A stretch of 64,000 nt of DNA, from assembly GCA_049968235.1 (NCBI GenBank), contig JBMFRC010000012.1, positions 1 to 64,000 of the forward strand. Direction: 5' to 3'. The DNA is from Candidatus Hydrogenedens sp. (GTDB lineage: Bacteria; Hydrogenedentota; Hydrogenedentia; Hydrogenedentales; Hydrogenedentaceae). The position numbers and the translations under genes were made by a program. The number at the start of each line of letters is the position of its first letter. Positions within the stretch are counted from its first letter, which is position 1. Shown here piece after piece: positions 31,810 through 41,342 of the stretch. Under the pieces are notes generated by a model, which had not been told where the DNA came from, ran no database searches, and saw only the letters and a program-made list of their open reading frames with translations.

Positions 31810-33198
31810 GTGTATATGAAGAAGTATGTAGTTATTCTGATTGTTGTTGGTATTCTTTTAGCATTAGCTTTTCCTATAATAAATCTTATTGTAGGTCCTC
31901 CTGTTGGAACAACGATTACAAACCAAAAAGTAAACGACCCTGCATTTGCAAAGGTATTACCCATATTAGAGAAAAAATGTGTGAATTGCCATACTCAGGA
32001 ATATAAACTTCCTTTCTATGCCAATTTTCCCATAGCCAAAGGAATTATAGAAGCAGATATTAAATTGGGTCTATTTTATATGAATATGGTAAAGGAACTA
32101 TTTCCGGGAGAGAACAAACCAACTACAGAAGTAGCATTAGCAAAAATAGAATATACAACATTAATGAACGAGATGCCTCCATTACGATATGTTGCTTTAC
32201 ATTGGGATAGTATGTTGTCGAAAGAAGAACAGAATTTAATTTTAACATGGGTGAAATCTACTCGTGCCAAATATTATGCTACGGAGGGTATTCCCGAAAA
32301 TCTAAAGGAGGAAGTTGTCCAACCTTTACCCCAAAAAGTAAGTGTTGAAGAGAAGAAAGTAGCACTGGGAAATAAACTGTATCATGATAAAAGATTGTCT
32401 AAGGACAATAGTCTTGCTTGTGCAGGTTGTCATGATTTAGGAACGGGAGGCGTTGACCGCAAGAAAACATCAGAAGGCGTTGGAGGAGCCATTGGTCCAA
32501 TAAATGCTCCCACAGTTTACAATGCACTATTTAACTTTGTCCAGTTCTGGGATGGCAGAGCAAAAGATTTGCAAGACCAGGCTGATGGTCCCGTTAATAA
32601 TCCTATCGAAATGGCTTCCAATTGGGAAGAAGTAACATCGAAACTTAATCAGGATGCGGAATTTACTCAGGCATTTTTGGAAGTCTATCCATCAGGGTAT
32701 AACAAAGATAATTTTACAAACGCTATTGCAGAATTTGAAAAGACATTAATAACTCCTAATTCCCGATTCGACCAATTCTTATTAGGTAAAACAGATGCTT
32801 TAGATGCCGATGAAAAAGAAGGATATGCTCTTTTTAAGAAATATAGATGTGCTACCTGTCATGTTGGCAAAGCCATGGGTGGACAATCCTTTGAGAAAAT
32901 GGGTTTGAAAGCAGATTACTTTAAGGACCGTGGTGGAGAAATAAAAGAAGCCGATTTGGGAAGATATAATGTAACGAAAAGAGAAGAAGATAAACATAAG
33001 TTCAAAGTGCCATTACTTCGCAATATTGCAGTTACACAACCATATCTTCATGATGGTTCTACCGATGACTTACAAAAAGTTGTAAATATCATGCTGAAAT
33101 ATCAGGTAGGTAAACAAGTTCCCAAAGTAGAAGAGGAAAAAATCACAAGGTTCTTAAAAACCCTGACAGGAGAATATCAAGGAAAATTATTACAATAA
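31810..33198 (+). CDS. Tri-haem cytochrome c peroxidase (CCP/MauG family with an extra N-terminal haem c domain)
   Basis: It has an N-terminal TM segment or signal. Three CxxCH motifs are present (CVNCH, CAGCHD, CATCHV), and the CCP core includes PLLRNIAVTQPYLHDGS. Confidence 0.82.
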   Translation: MYMKKYVVILIVVGILLALAFPIINLIVGPPVGTTITNQKVNDPAFAKVLPILEKKCVNCHTQEYKLPFYANFPIAKGIIEADIKLGLFYMNMVKELFPGENKPTTEVALAKIEYTTLMNEMPPLRYVALHWDSMLSKEEQNLILTWVKSTRAKYYATEGIPENLKEEVVQPLPQKVSVEEKKVALGNKLYHDKRLSKDNSLACAGCHDLGTGGVDRKKTSEGVGGAIGPINAPTVYNALFNFVQFWDGRAKDLQDQADGPVNNPIEMASNWEEVTSKLNQDAEFTQAFLEVYPSGYNKDNFTNAIAEFEKTLITPNSRFDQFLLGKTDALDADEKEGYALFKKYRCATCHVGKAMGGQSFEKMGLKADYFKDRGGEIKEADLGRYNVTKREEDKHKFKVPLLRNIAVTQPYLHDGSTDDLQKVVNIMLKYQVGKQVPKVEEEKITRFLKTLTGEYQGKLLQ

Positions 33199-33313
33199 AA
33201 ACGCTTTTTATATCGCACCTTGTCAGTATATGAAGGATATATCAGTATATTTGATGACAGAATCAAGTATAGTGGTATTGTATTACAATATAAGTTTATT
33301 CCGATAAGTAGTT

Positions 33314-33349
33314 AGAGGGGCAGATTATATATCGCCCCTCTAATTTTTC
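33314..33349. terminator. Bidirectional intrinsic terminator
   Basis: The stem AGAGGGGC / GCCCCTCT is 8 bp with a 12-nt loop. It is followed by AATTTTTCT, and the flanking genes are convergent. Confidence 0.65.
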
Positions 33350-33400
33350 TGTTATCAATGATATATGAGATATTTAACTTATTAAGTAGCATTGTAATTA

Positions 33401-34381
33401 TTAAATAAACATACCTATGACTTCAGCCATGCCTGCATTTACAGGAGGAGTTCCGGCACCAGTTGGGTTTAATGGGTCTTCCGCAACATAACGGATAAAT
33501 TCCACATGCCCATCCATATATAGAACATTGGAACCTCCGGGGATATGATTAAATCCTTCAGGTTTGGTAGAAACATGGTCAAGCATAATCCATACAGAAC
33601 TCTGCGCCTGTGCGGAAGATGCTGGATTATTAATATCTGTAATTAAGAATCTTTCAATACCTTCTCTTAGGCGATATACAGTACTACCACCACCATTACC
33701 ATTACCTGCCGTTACAGTTACATCCTTGTCAACAAGATTAGGCCATTGTGCAGGATTCGCAAAAACAGGAACGAGGGTATTTAGTGCAAGTTCAATAAAT
33801 TGACCGGGTCCGGTTACAGGCTGATTAATTAATGGAGGAACTGCAGGTAGTGTCATCGGATTGTCTGTAGTTTTAGCACGGTCTAAAACCCAGCCGATAT
33901 ATACATAACTTTCGTCTATTGCAGCAGCACCATAGTGTTCGTTAGTGCATAGCCAGCCTGCGGTGTTTTCTCCTGTTGCATCATTAGTAATATCTTTGAT
34001 TGTGCTTTGTGCATCGGATGGACAAAAAATTATTGCCGGATCAGTTAAATATTCCGGATACAAAGTCGTTAAATCGGGACCCATAGCAAGGAATACAGAC
34101 CTTTGAAAAGTGGTGTATGCTGGATTGGCAACATCACAATCTCTATAAATAGGTTGTGAGCCTTCCCTTACGAGAATTCTTGGGAATCTTTCACCTTTTG
34201 ATTCCCCACAATACATTTTGAACACTAATCCCCATTGCTTCAAGTTATTTTGACAACTTGACCTTCTTGCCGCTTCGCGAGCCCTTGCTAACGCAGGCAG
34301 TAAAATAGCAGCAAGAATTCCGATAATAGCAATGACGACTAACAATTCGATTAAAGTAAAACCTTTTTTACTTTTCTTCAT
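33401..34381 (-). CDS. Prepilin-type N-terminal cleavage/methylation domain protein of the DUF1559 / H-X9-DG-like family
   Basis: The N-terminus [45 protein letters not shown] is a class III signal (G|FTLIE). The C-terminus reads [17 protein letters not shown]. Confidence 0.8.
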   Translation of the reverse strand: MKKSKKGFTLIELLVVIAIIGILAAILLPALARAREAARRSSCQNNLKQWGLVFKMYCGESKGERFPRILVREGSQPIYRDCDVANPAYTTFQRSVFLAMGPDLTTLYPEYLTDPAIIFCPSDAQSTIKDITNDATGENTAGWLCTNEHYGAAAIDESYVYIGWVLDRAKTTDNPMTLPAVPPLINQPVTGPGQFIELALNTLVPVFANPAQWPNLVDKDVTVTAGNGNGGGSTVYRLREGIERFLITDINNPASSAQAQSSVWIMLDHVSTKPEGFNHIPGGSNVLYMDGHVEFIRYVAEDPLNPTGAGTPPVNAGMAEVIGMFI

Positions 34382-34653
34382 ATAGGACCTCCTATCGTTA
34401 GTTTGTTAATTTTTTAATGAAACTATTTAAGATTAAAAATAGAATTATTATAAGAAGAAAAATATGAAAAGTCAAATTTAAATTTTCTTTTCTTTTATAG
34501 TTGTATTGTAGATATTATTATTTGTAAAAGTGAAAATAAGTATCTTTTTTGTTGAAGATTCTTATTTGTTGTATTTTAATAATATTATTATAAATTGATA
34601 AGAATAATGTGTTTTTTGATTATTTTTAATTTAATTAATAGGAAAATTTATTA

Positions 34654-35571
34654 ATGCAAAGAAGAGAACCTATATATTTAAATATTAATAAAGATAAAGA
34701 AGAAGAGTACCTTGAATGGGCAAGAAAATCTCTTCAAAATTGTTATGCATGTCCAAGACACTGTGGTGTTAATAGATATAAAAATCAATCGGGTCATTGT
34801 AAGATAGGTCAGTATGCACGAGTTTCAAGTGCTTTTCCTCACTTTGGGGAGGAATCGTGTTTAGTCGGTTGGCATGGTTCCGGTACAATTTTTTTTAGCG
34901 GATGTAATTTGAATTGTGTTTTTTGTCAAAATTATGAGATTAGCCAGTATCCATCAGGAGCGGAGTGTTCAGCAGAAATTATTGCAGAGATGATGTTAAA
35001 CTTACAGTCTTTAGGTTGCCATAATATCAATCTTGTTACTCCTTCTCATGTAATTCCTCAAATTATCGAAGTGCTGATTATTGCCAAACGAAGTGGATTA
35101 CAAATCCCTATTGTTTATAACACAAATGCTTATGATAATATTGAATCATTAAAAATCCTTGAAAACTGGATTGATATCTATATGCCTGATATAAAATATT
35201 GGGAAGAAGAAACAGCATGTAAATATTCGAATGCTAAAAATTATCCGGATATAGCAAAAGAGTCTATAAAAGAGATGCATCGTCAGGTAGGAGATTTAAT
35301 TATAAATTCTGATGGAATTGCTCAACGGGGATTATTGGTGAGGCATCTTGTGATGCCCGGATTAATTCATGAAACGAAAGAGATTCTGAAATGGATAGCA
35401 TCCGATATTTCTAAAAATACATATATTAATATCATGGGACAATACCGTCCCACATATAAAGTTCCTCATAATCCCTGTTATCTTAAAATTTCTCGAAGAC
35501 CAATGCGTGAGGAAATTGAAGAAGTTATTCATTTTTCCAAATTATGTGGATTAACGAGAATTGCAGAATAA
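34654..35571 (+). CDS. Radical SAM protein (PflX / activating-enzyme-like)
   Basis: The radical-SAM cluster motif is CNLNCVFCQN (CxxxCxxC). An additional N-terminal Cys cluster is present (CYACPRHC...HC). Confidence 0.72.
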   Translation: MQRREPIYLNINKDKEEEYLEWARKSLQNCYACPRHCGVNRYKNQSGHCKIGQYARVSSAFPHFGEESCLVGWHGSGTIFFSGCNLNCVFCQNYEISQYPSGAECSAEIIAEMMLNLQSLGCHNINLVTPSHVIPQIIEVLIIAKRSGLQIPIVYNTNAYDNIESLKILENWIDIYMPDIKYWEEETACKYSNAKNYPDIAKESIKEMHRQVGDLIINSDGIAQRGLLVRHLVMPGLIHETKEILKWIASDISKNTYINIMGQYRPTYKVPHNPCYLKISRRPMREEIEEVIHFSKLCGLTRIAE

Positions 35572-35572
35572 A

Positions 35573-35613
35573 AACCCCTTAAACACAAAGTATATTTAAG
35601 GGGTTTTTTTTTC
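35573..35613. terminator. Bidirectional intrinsic terminator
   Basis: The stem AACCCCTTAAA / TTTAAGGGGTT is a perfect 11 bp with an 11-nt loop. An A-tract precedes it and T9 follows. Confidence 0.85.
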
Positions 35614-35620
35614 TGATTTT

Positions 35621-37843
35621 TTATCTTACATATTGTTTTCTGATATGTAATGCAGAACAGAAAGTCATTACACATACAATTAATACAATTGTTAATGTTG
35701 AACTAACAGGAACTTCATCTGAAATGATAACATGAAATTCATAAGTAGCATTGGTTTTCTGTCCATCATCATATTCACAAATGTATATTCCTGTATCCTC
35801 AATTTGTGCGTTGGGAATCCAGAGGGAACGGCAATGAGTATTTAATCCTCTTTCTTCTAAACTACCATTTAGTTTGGACCAATTAAATGAAGAATTCATA
35901 GATACAGGTTCCGGAACACGCAAGCATATATCAGACCCTGCTTTGAAAATTCCGCCCAATGTTGAAGAAGAATGGCATTCTTCACAATCCGAACCGGGAT
36001 ATACAACAGGATTTAATGCAGAATTAATATATGCCTGTTTTTTCTCTTCATAACTCATATGTGAACGGACAAAATATTCATATTCCTGTTTATTTGTCCA
36101 GCCATCCCCATCCGCATCACCATCAGGACCGAAAAATTGAGGTAGAAGTTGATAGAAGGTAGGAACAATGATATTTACATGTATATTGAAACTGGGGTCT
36201 ATAGCCTGTGCTGCTATAGAAATTACAGTCGGTATCATCGTGGATTCTTGATTACCTAAGGTCATGTATCCTGCTAACATTTGTGGCAAACCATAAAATA
36301 TGGTATTTACGATACTTCCTTCACCACCACAGTCTGTAATCATTCGTTGCATGTTTTGGTTGAAAGCATTCACAGCAATTTGATGACTTATACCGCCATT
36401 GGCAGTAAAATCAATAGATGTATTGTTATAACATTCCGTGATAAGTGAAAATTCTAACGAATCTAACATGCCATTTCCGGAAATAACAATAGGGTCTATA
36501 GATATTTGTCCACCATTCAAATCACATTCTTCAGGACTAAACGAAAGTCCTTCTGCTCCCTGGTCTCCTAATAAAACATAATATGCACTTAAATTTTCAT
36601 GTAAATATTGCATACCTGCTACAATTTCATGGTCAGGTTGCCTTATAAAATCATGATACTCCCAAACGCCGTTATAACAAAAATCTCCATTGCCTTCTGT
36701 ATTTCCCGTGCCGGGTCCTCCTAATGGTTTTGAAGTGCTATCTACAATAGTATCATCATCAATTACACAAAGTGTAACATTTCCTACTGCCCCTGCAGTA
36801 TCTACAACCACATTGTAAACTTGATTACCCTGAACATTATTGACAGATAAGATAGAAAGGGGAGAGGATAAACTATCCTTTGCATTAAAATCAGATGTAT
36901 CAACATTAGAAACAGGTTCACTAAAAGTTACAGAAAAAGTCATTGTATTTCCGTTAGAAGAAATACTATTAATTAAATAAACTTTTGGATAATCCAACCA
37001 TTGACTAATGAATTCCGACATGCATCTCTGGGCTAATATTTTATAACCTGCTTGAGATAAATGTATATCCCCATCAAACAGTCCATCAGGATGAACTAAT
37101 GAACATGGGTCTCCTCCGGGAAAAGGTGTATAGGTGGGATAATTACCTGGATAAGGGACAGAATGAGGGGGCAAATTTGTGGGAGTTGATGTCCCAAAAT
37201 GATATTGCATTAACCCAAGATTATGAACATAATAAACTCGTGGCTTGCTATCTGCCAGAGCCTTTTTGGCTTGTTCAAATCTTACAAAAGCATTTTGCTG
37301 GTCACATATTGAACAACCACCACGGTCTCTGCCTGCAAAAGTATATCCACAAAGAGCAACGCGAATATCGGGACGAACTGAAAGAATTTCATCAATAATA
37401 CCACTCATATAATTTACAATCGTATTAATAATGTATTCTTCCTGGGATGGATTAGAAAGCATATCACAATTCCAACGAGATGTTTGTGGAGTTCCTCGAA
37501 GGAAATCATTTCCTCCTAATGTTATCAATACAATATCAATTGTAGGATATTTTGCTAATTCTTCCTTTACATTTTGAATATAATTATATTCTTCAGGGTA
37601 AAATTCAAATGCTCGTGCTCCCATAATAGCAGTACGACTACCTATCTCTCTTAAATGTTCCATTCCAGGTGTTTCGTTAAAAATTTCTTTAAAGGTTCTA
37701 AATGCCCACATAAAACCAGTCCAACTATCACCGACTAATAGAACCCGTGGAATTTCCTCTTGAGAAAATGCAACAGAACTATCTATGAGAATAAGTAAAG
37801 ATAAGAAACAAATCAAGAATAAACTTAAAATACTATGTTTCAT
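35621..37843 (-). CDS. Secreted SGNH/GDSL-family hydrolase with Ig-like C-terminal domains and a C-terminal TM anchor
   Basis: It has a signal peptide. The SGNH blocks are block I LLVGDSWT, block II ITLGGNDF and block V DGDIHLS. An acidic Ca-type loop (DGDADGDGWTNKQE) and a C-terminal hydrophobic helix are present. Confidence 0.7.
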   Translation of the reverse strand: MKHSILSLFLICFLSLLILIDSSVAFSQEEIPRVLLVGDSWTGFMWAFRTFKEIFNETPGMEHLREIGSRTAIMGARAFEFYPEEYNYIQNVKEELAKYPTIDIVLITLGGNDFLRGTPQTSRWNCDMLSNPSQEEYIINTIVNYMSGIIDEILSVRPDIRVALCGYTFAGRDRGGCSICDQQNAFVRFEQAKKALADSKPRVYYVHNLGLMQYHFGTSTPTNLPPHSVPYPGNYPTYTPFPGGDPCSLVHPDGLFDGDIHLSQAGYKILAQRCMSEFISQWLDYPKVYLINSISSNGNTMTFSVTFSEPVSNVDTSDFNAKDSLSSPLSILSVNNVQGNQVYNVVVDTAGAVGNVTLCVIDDDTIVDSTSKPLGGPGTGNTEGNGDFCYNGVWEYHDFIRQPDHEIVAGMQYLHENLSAYYVLLGDQGAEGLSFSPEECDLNGGQISIDPIVISGNGMLDSLEFSLITECYNNTSIDFTANGGISHQIAVNAFNQNMQRMITDCGGEGSIVNTIFYGLPQMLAGYMTLGNQESTMIPTVISIAAQAIDPSFNIHVNIIVPTFYQLLPQFFGPDGDADGDGWTNKQEYEYFVRSHMSYEEKKQAYINSALNPVVYPGSDCEECHSSSTLGGIFKAGSDICLRVPEPVSMNSSFNWSKLNGSLEERGLNTHCRSLWIPNAQIEDTGIYICEYDDGQKTNATYEFHVIISDEVPVSSTLTIVLIVCVMTFCSALHIRKQYVR

Positions 37844-37993
37844 TTTTGTCTCCTTTTTATTTATGTTATGTAATAAAAAACAATAATTAAACTAAATAAA
37901 TTATAGCAATAAAAAAAGAAAAAAATCAATAAAATATACTTAAGAGATATTTTTTTAATAAAAGAAAAAATTTTAATGAAAAGTATTTTAAAT

Positions 37994-38022
37994 TTGACAA
38001 GGAGTAAACAGTGTGCTATAAT
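37994..38022 (+). promoter_or_regulatory. Consensus sigma70 promoter, TTGACA - 17 nt - (TGc)TATAAT, upstream of rex
   Basis: TTGACA lies at 37994-37999 and TATAAT at 38017-38022. The TG of the extended -10 is at 38014-38015. Confidence 0.65.
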
Positions 38023-38084
38023 TTGTTCATAAATTCACAATTATACTTACAGGTAAGTATATAAATTTGTTTGTAAATTCACAA
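38023..38084 (+). promoter_or_regulatory. Two direct-repeat Rex-box-like operators (TTGTTCATAAATTCACAA and TTGTTTGTAAATTCACAA) flanking a perfect 7-2-7 palindrome TACTTACAGGTAAGTA
   Basis: The boxes are at 38023-38040 and 38067-38084. Each has a perfect TTCACAA right half-site and a degenerate left half-site, compared with the Rex consensus TTGTGAAnnnnTTCACAA. Box 1 abuts the -10 element. Confidence 0.55.
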
Positions 38085-38101
38085 TTAAAAGTATAAAGTA
38101 T

Positions 38102-38797
38102 ATGGTATCTGAGAAAACAGTAGAAAGATTAAGTTTATACCGCCGAATACTTCAACAATTGAGGGTCGAGAGTAAAGAAACTATAATGTCCCATGAACTT
38201 GCGAATATGTTACACATAAAGCCAGCACAGGTACGCAGGGATATTATGCAATTAGGTTATTCAGGAATACCTAATAGTGGTTATAGAATTCGACCTCTTT
38301 TAGAGAGTATTGCAAATTTTTTAGATTCCCCGTTGCCTCAGAGTGCTGTTTTAGTAGGTGTTGGACATTTAGGACTTGCGTTATTGGCTAACTTTGCAGG
38401 ACGATGGAGGCAATTAGCTATTCGTGCCTCTTTTGATAAAGACCCTGCAAAAGTAGGACAGACTTTTCATGGTTGTCGTTGTTATGCTATGTGTGATTTG
38501 CAAAAAGTAATTGCGGAGACAAAAAGTGTAGTAGGCATCCTGGCAATACCGGGTGAAAGTGCCCAATCTGTTTGTGACCTTCTTGTTCAGTCAGGTATTA
38601 GTGGCGTATTAAATTTTTCCCCATTGCGAATTAAAGTGCCTGATAATGTCTTTATAGAACATGTTGACCTTTCCGCTACGTTTGAAAAAGTTTCGTTCTT
38701 TGCAAGAAGAATGAAACATTATGCAGAAGAAGAAAAACGGAAAGTAGAAAATGAAATTACTGAGGGTGAATACGAAACATTAACAACCAATCAATAA
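38102..38797 (+). CDS. rex: Redox-sensing transcriptional repressor Rex
   Basis: The N-terminal winged helix reads TVERLSLYRRIL. The Rossmann fold reads AVLVGVGHLGLALL, and a C-terminal swap helix is present. Confidence 0.85.
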   Translation: MVSEKTVERLSLYRRILQQLRVESKETIMSHELANMLHIKPAQVRRDIMQLGYSGIPNSGYRIRPLLESIANFLDSPLPQSAVLVGVGHLGLALLANFAGRWRQLAIRASFDKDPAKVGQTFHGCRCYAMCDLQKVIAETKSVVGILAIPGESAQSVCDLLVQSGISGVLNFSPLRIKVPDNVFIEHVDLSATFEKVSFFARRMKHYAEEEKRKVENEITEGEYETLTTNQ

Positions 38798-38823
38798 ATA
38801 AAAAATTTTGTAGGAGATAGAAT

Positions 38824-39348
38824 ATGAATGAAGAATCAAAGCATGCGTGTATGGAAGAAGCAAGTGAAGAAGAACTGCTTGCTCGGCTTGATGAAGTAAT
38901 TGCAGAATATAAGGACAAGCCCGGTGCTCTTATTCCTGTTCTGCAGATTGCTCAGGCTATGTTTGGTTATCTACCCGAAAGTGCATTAAAAAAGATTAGT
39001 TTGGGACTGAACAAACCGTATAGTGAAGTTGCAGGTGTGGTAACATTTTACTCATTCTTTTCAACCCAGCCTCGTGGAAAACATATGATTCGTGTCTGTT
39101 TAGGAACTGCTTGTTATGTCCGTGGTGGCAAACAGGTTCTTTCTGCAATTAAGGATAAACTCCATATTGATGTTGGAGAGACCACGAAAGACCGTATGTT
39201 CTCTTTAGAGGTGGCTCGTTGTTTTGGTGCTTGTGGGCTTGCTCCTGCCATTATGGTGGATAACGATGTGCATCAACGGGTAAAACCTGCCCGAATTCAG
39301 GCTATTTTAGACCAGTATTTAGACAAAAACACAGAAAAAAATAAATAA
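38824..39348 (+). CDS. hndA: NuoE-like [2Fe-2S] subunit of an NAD(P)-linked [FeFe]-hydrogenase (HndA / HydC-like)
   Basis: It has a thioredoxin-like fold with 2Fe-2S Cys ligands (CLGTACYVRG...CFGACGLAP). It is ~174 aa, and its RBS is AGGAGA. Confidence 0.82.
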   Translation: MNEESKHACMEEASEEELLARLDEVIAEYKDKPGALIPVLQIAQAMFGYLPESALKKISLGLNKPYSEVAGVVTFYSFFSTQPRGKHMIRVCLGTACYVRGGKQVLSAIKDKLHIDVGETTKDRMFSLEVARCFGACGLAPAIMVDNDVHQRVKPARIQAILDQYLDKNTEKNK

Positions 39349-39370
39349 GAAATAAATAAGGAGAAAAGCC

Positions 39371-39742
39371 ATGTCAAATATTATTCATTCTCCAGAAGAC
39401 CTTAATGCTTTACGAGAAAAGGCAATTAAGGACATTGAGATTCGTAATTCACATAAAGATTTGGTGATTACTGTTCACATGGGAACATGTGGTATTGCTG
39501 CGGGTGCCAGAGAAGTATTAAAAAATATCATCTCTGAAATTTCTGCTATAGGTATAACCAATGTTACAGTCCGTCAATCTGGATGTGCAGGTCTCTGCGA
39601 CCGTGAACCCATGATTACGGTTACTCATAAATCCTCCGGTTCTGAATATCGTTATGGAAAATTAAACACGGAAAAGATACGAGAAATTGTGAAACAGCAT
39701 ATTGCAGAAGGTAAACCTGTGATGGAATATTTAATTTCCTGA
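39371..39742 (+). CDS. hndB: Small thioredoxin-like [2Fe-2S] ferredoxin subunit (HndB-like)
   Basis: The 2Fe-2S ligand motifs are HMGTCGIAAGA and SGCAGLCDREPM. It is 123 aa, and its RBS is AAGGAGA. Confidence 0.72.
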   Translation: MSNIIHSPEDLNALREKAIKDIEIRNSHKDLVITVHMGTCGIAAGAREVLKNIISEISAIGITNVTVRQSGCAGLCDREPMITVTHKSSGSEYRYGKLNTEKIREIVKQHIAEGKPVMEYLIS

Positions 39743-39825
39743 TGAAGAAATACAGGGTAAATTCGGATTCCCATAAAGTGGTTGAGATGAACATGTATAG
39801 CAAAATAAGAAAGAATGATATAGAA

Positions 39826-41271
39826 ATGAAAATGAACATATTACATCTATTTCTTATTTTATTTTTATGTTCATCCGCAACCTTTACTGAAATATCTGAT
39901 TGGGAAACCATCTCACTTTCGGATACAGGAGAAGCATTACAAAATCCCGGCATGGGATGGGTATTACATTTTTACGATAATGTTCCTGAAAATTATGGTT
40001 CTAAATTAGCCCCTTCAGATACTGTTGATGAATTCCCTGCCCTTTCAGTTATTTATTTGCGAATAGCATGGTCGTTTTTAGAACCTGAAGAAGGAAAGTA
40101 TAACTGGTCTATATTGGATACTCCTTCTCAACGATGGATTTCTAAAGGGAAACAAATTGCTTTGCGCATTACCTGTAGTGAAACTCCTATTCCATGGGCG
40201 ACACCAAAATGGGTTTATGAAGCAGGAGCCAAAGGTAATTTCTTCATTCCTACCCAGGGGATAAAAGAAAATGGGACACATTGGGAACCCGAATTTGATG
40301 ACCCTGTTTTCTTGGATAAGTTGGATAATTTTTTAGCAGTGTTAGCAAAGAGATATGATGAAAATCCGGAAATAGCCTTCATAGATATGGGTTCATTAGG
40401 AGTGTGGGGAGAAGGTCATGTATGGCATTCCACACAAAAACATATTTCGACGGAAACCATAAAAAAACACATTGATTTGCACATAAAGCACTTTAAAAAC
40501 ACAATAATTGCTCTAAATGATGACCTTATCACAAATGGGCAAAAATTGGATGTAATTCCCGAAGAGAAAAAAGAACTCCTCAATTATGCTATCAAAAATG
40601 GGTTAACACTTCGCGATGATAGTATTCTTGTTCAGGGTGGAGATAATGTATATTTTAGTGCAAGCCTTGCGGAATACTTCTGGCGAAATAGACCTATCAT
40701 TTTAGAATCTGAACATTATGGACCATCAAAGGCTGAAAGGCATTGGGGGGACGGAAGTAAATATTTACAGGCTGTAGAAGATTACCATGCAAGTTATACT
40801 TCTATTCATTGGTGGCCAAGGGAGTTTTTACAAGAAAACAAAGATTTGATAGATAAAATCAATCTTCGTTTGGGGTATCGTATTGTCCCTACCGAAGTTA
40901 AATGGCAAAAGACAGTAAAAATATCCGAGAAAAAATGGGATATATCCTACCGTTGGGCAAATAAAGGAGTGGCACCTTGTTATCGGGATGTATATCCCAT
41001 TATTACATGGAAAGATGAGAAAGGAGGAATTGTTGCTGTTTTTACAGATGAGACATTTAATCTCAAACAATTACCAATAGGGAAGCAGGATGAATTAAAA
41101 GAAATTGAGGTAAAAAAATCTTTTTTTATTCCTTTTTTATTGAAAGAAGGAAATTATACAGTATTCATTTCAGCGGGTTCTATTACGGGCACGCCTGAAA
41201 TTCAATTACCGTTAAACAACACAGACCATGAAAAAAGATATGTTATAGGTAAAGTTAATGTTGTTTTGTGA
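39826..41271 (+). CDS. Secreted clan GH-A TIM-barrel glycoside-hydrolase-like protein (GH42/GH35-like N-terminal signature). The tracked ORF begins at 39742; the start at 39826 gives a clean signal peptide.
   Basis: The signal peptide is MKMNILHLFLILFLCSSATF. NPGMGW is present. IAWSFLEPEEGKYNW resembles the GH42 signature AWSxxEPxEGxY. MGSLGVWGEGHVWHS is also present. Confidence 0.55.
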   Translation: MKMNILHLFLILFLCSSATFTEISDWETISLSDTGEALQNPGMGWVLHFYDNVPENYGSKLAPSDTVDEFPALSVIYLRIAWSFLEPEEGKYNWSILDTPSQRWISKGKQIALRITCSETPIPWATPKWVYEAGAKGNFFIPTQGIKENGTHWEPEFDDPVFLDKLDNFLAVLAKRYDENPEIAFIDMGSLGVWGEGHVWHSTQKHISTETIKKHIDLHIKHFKNTIIALNDDLITNGQKLDVIPEEKKELLNYAIKNGLTLRDDSILVQGGDNVYFSASLAEYFWRNRPIILESEHYGPSKAERHWGDGSKYLQAVEDYHASYTSIHWWPREFLQENKDLIDKINLRLGYRIVPTEVKWQKTVKISEKKWDISYRWANKGVAPCYRDVYPIITWKDEKGGIVAVFTDETFNLKQLPIGKQDELKEIEVKKSFFIPFLLKEGNYTVFISAGSITGTPEIQLPLNNTDHEKRYVIGKVNVVL

Positions 41272-41342
41272 AAAAAAATATAAAGATATAAATAAAAACT
41301 TCAGAAATGAAGCATACACAAGTTATGGAAAGGAGAAAAAAA

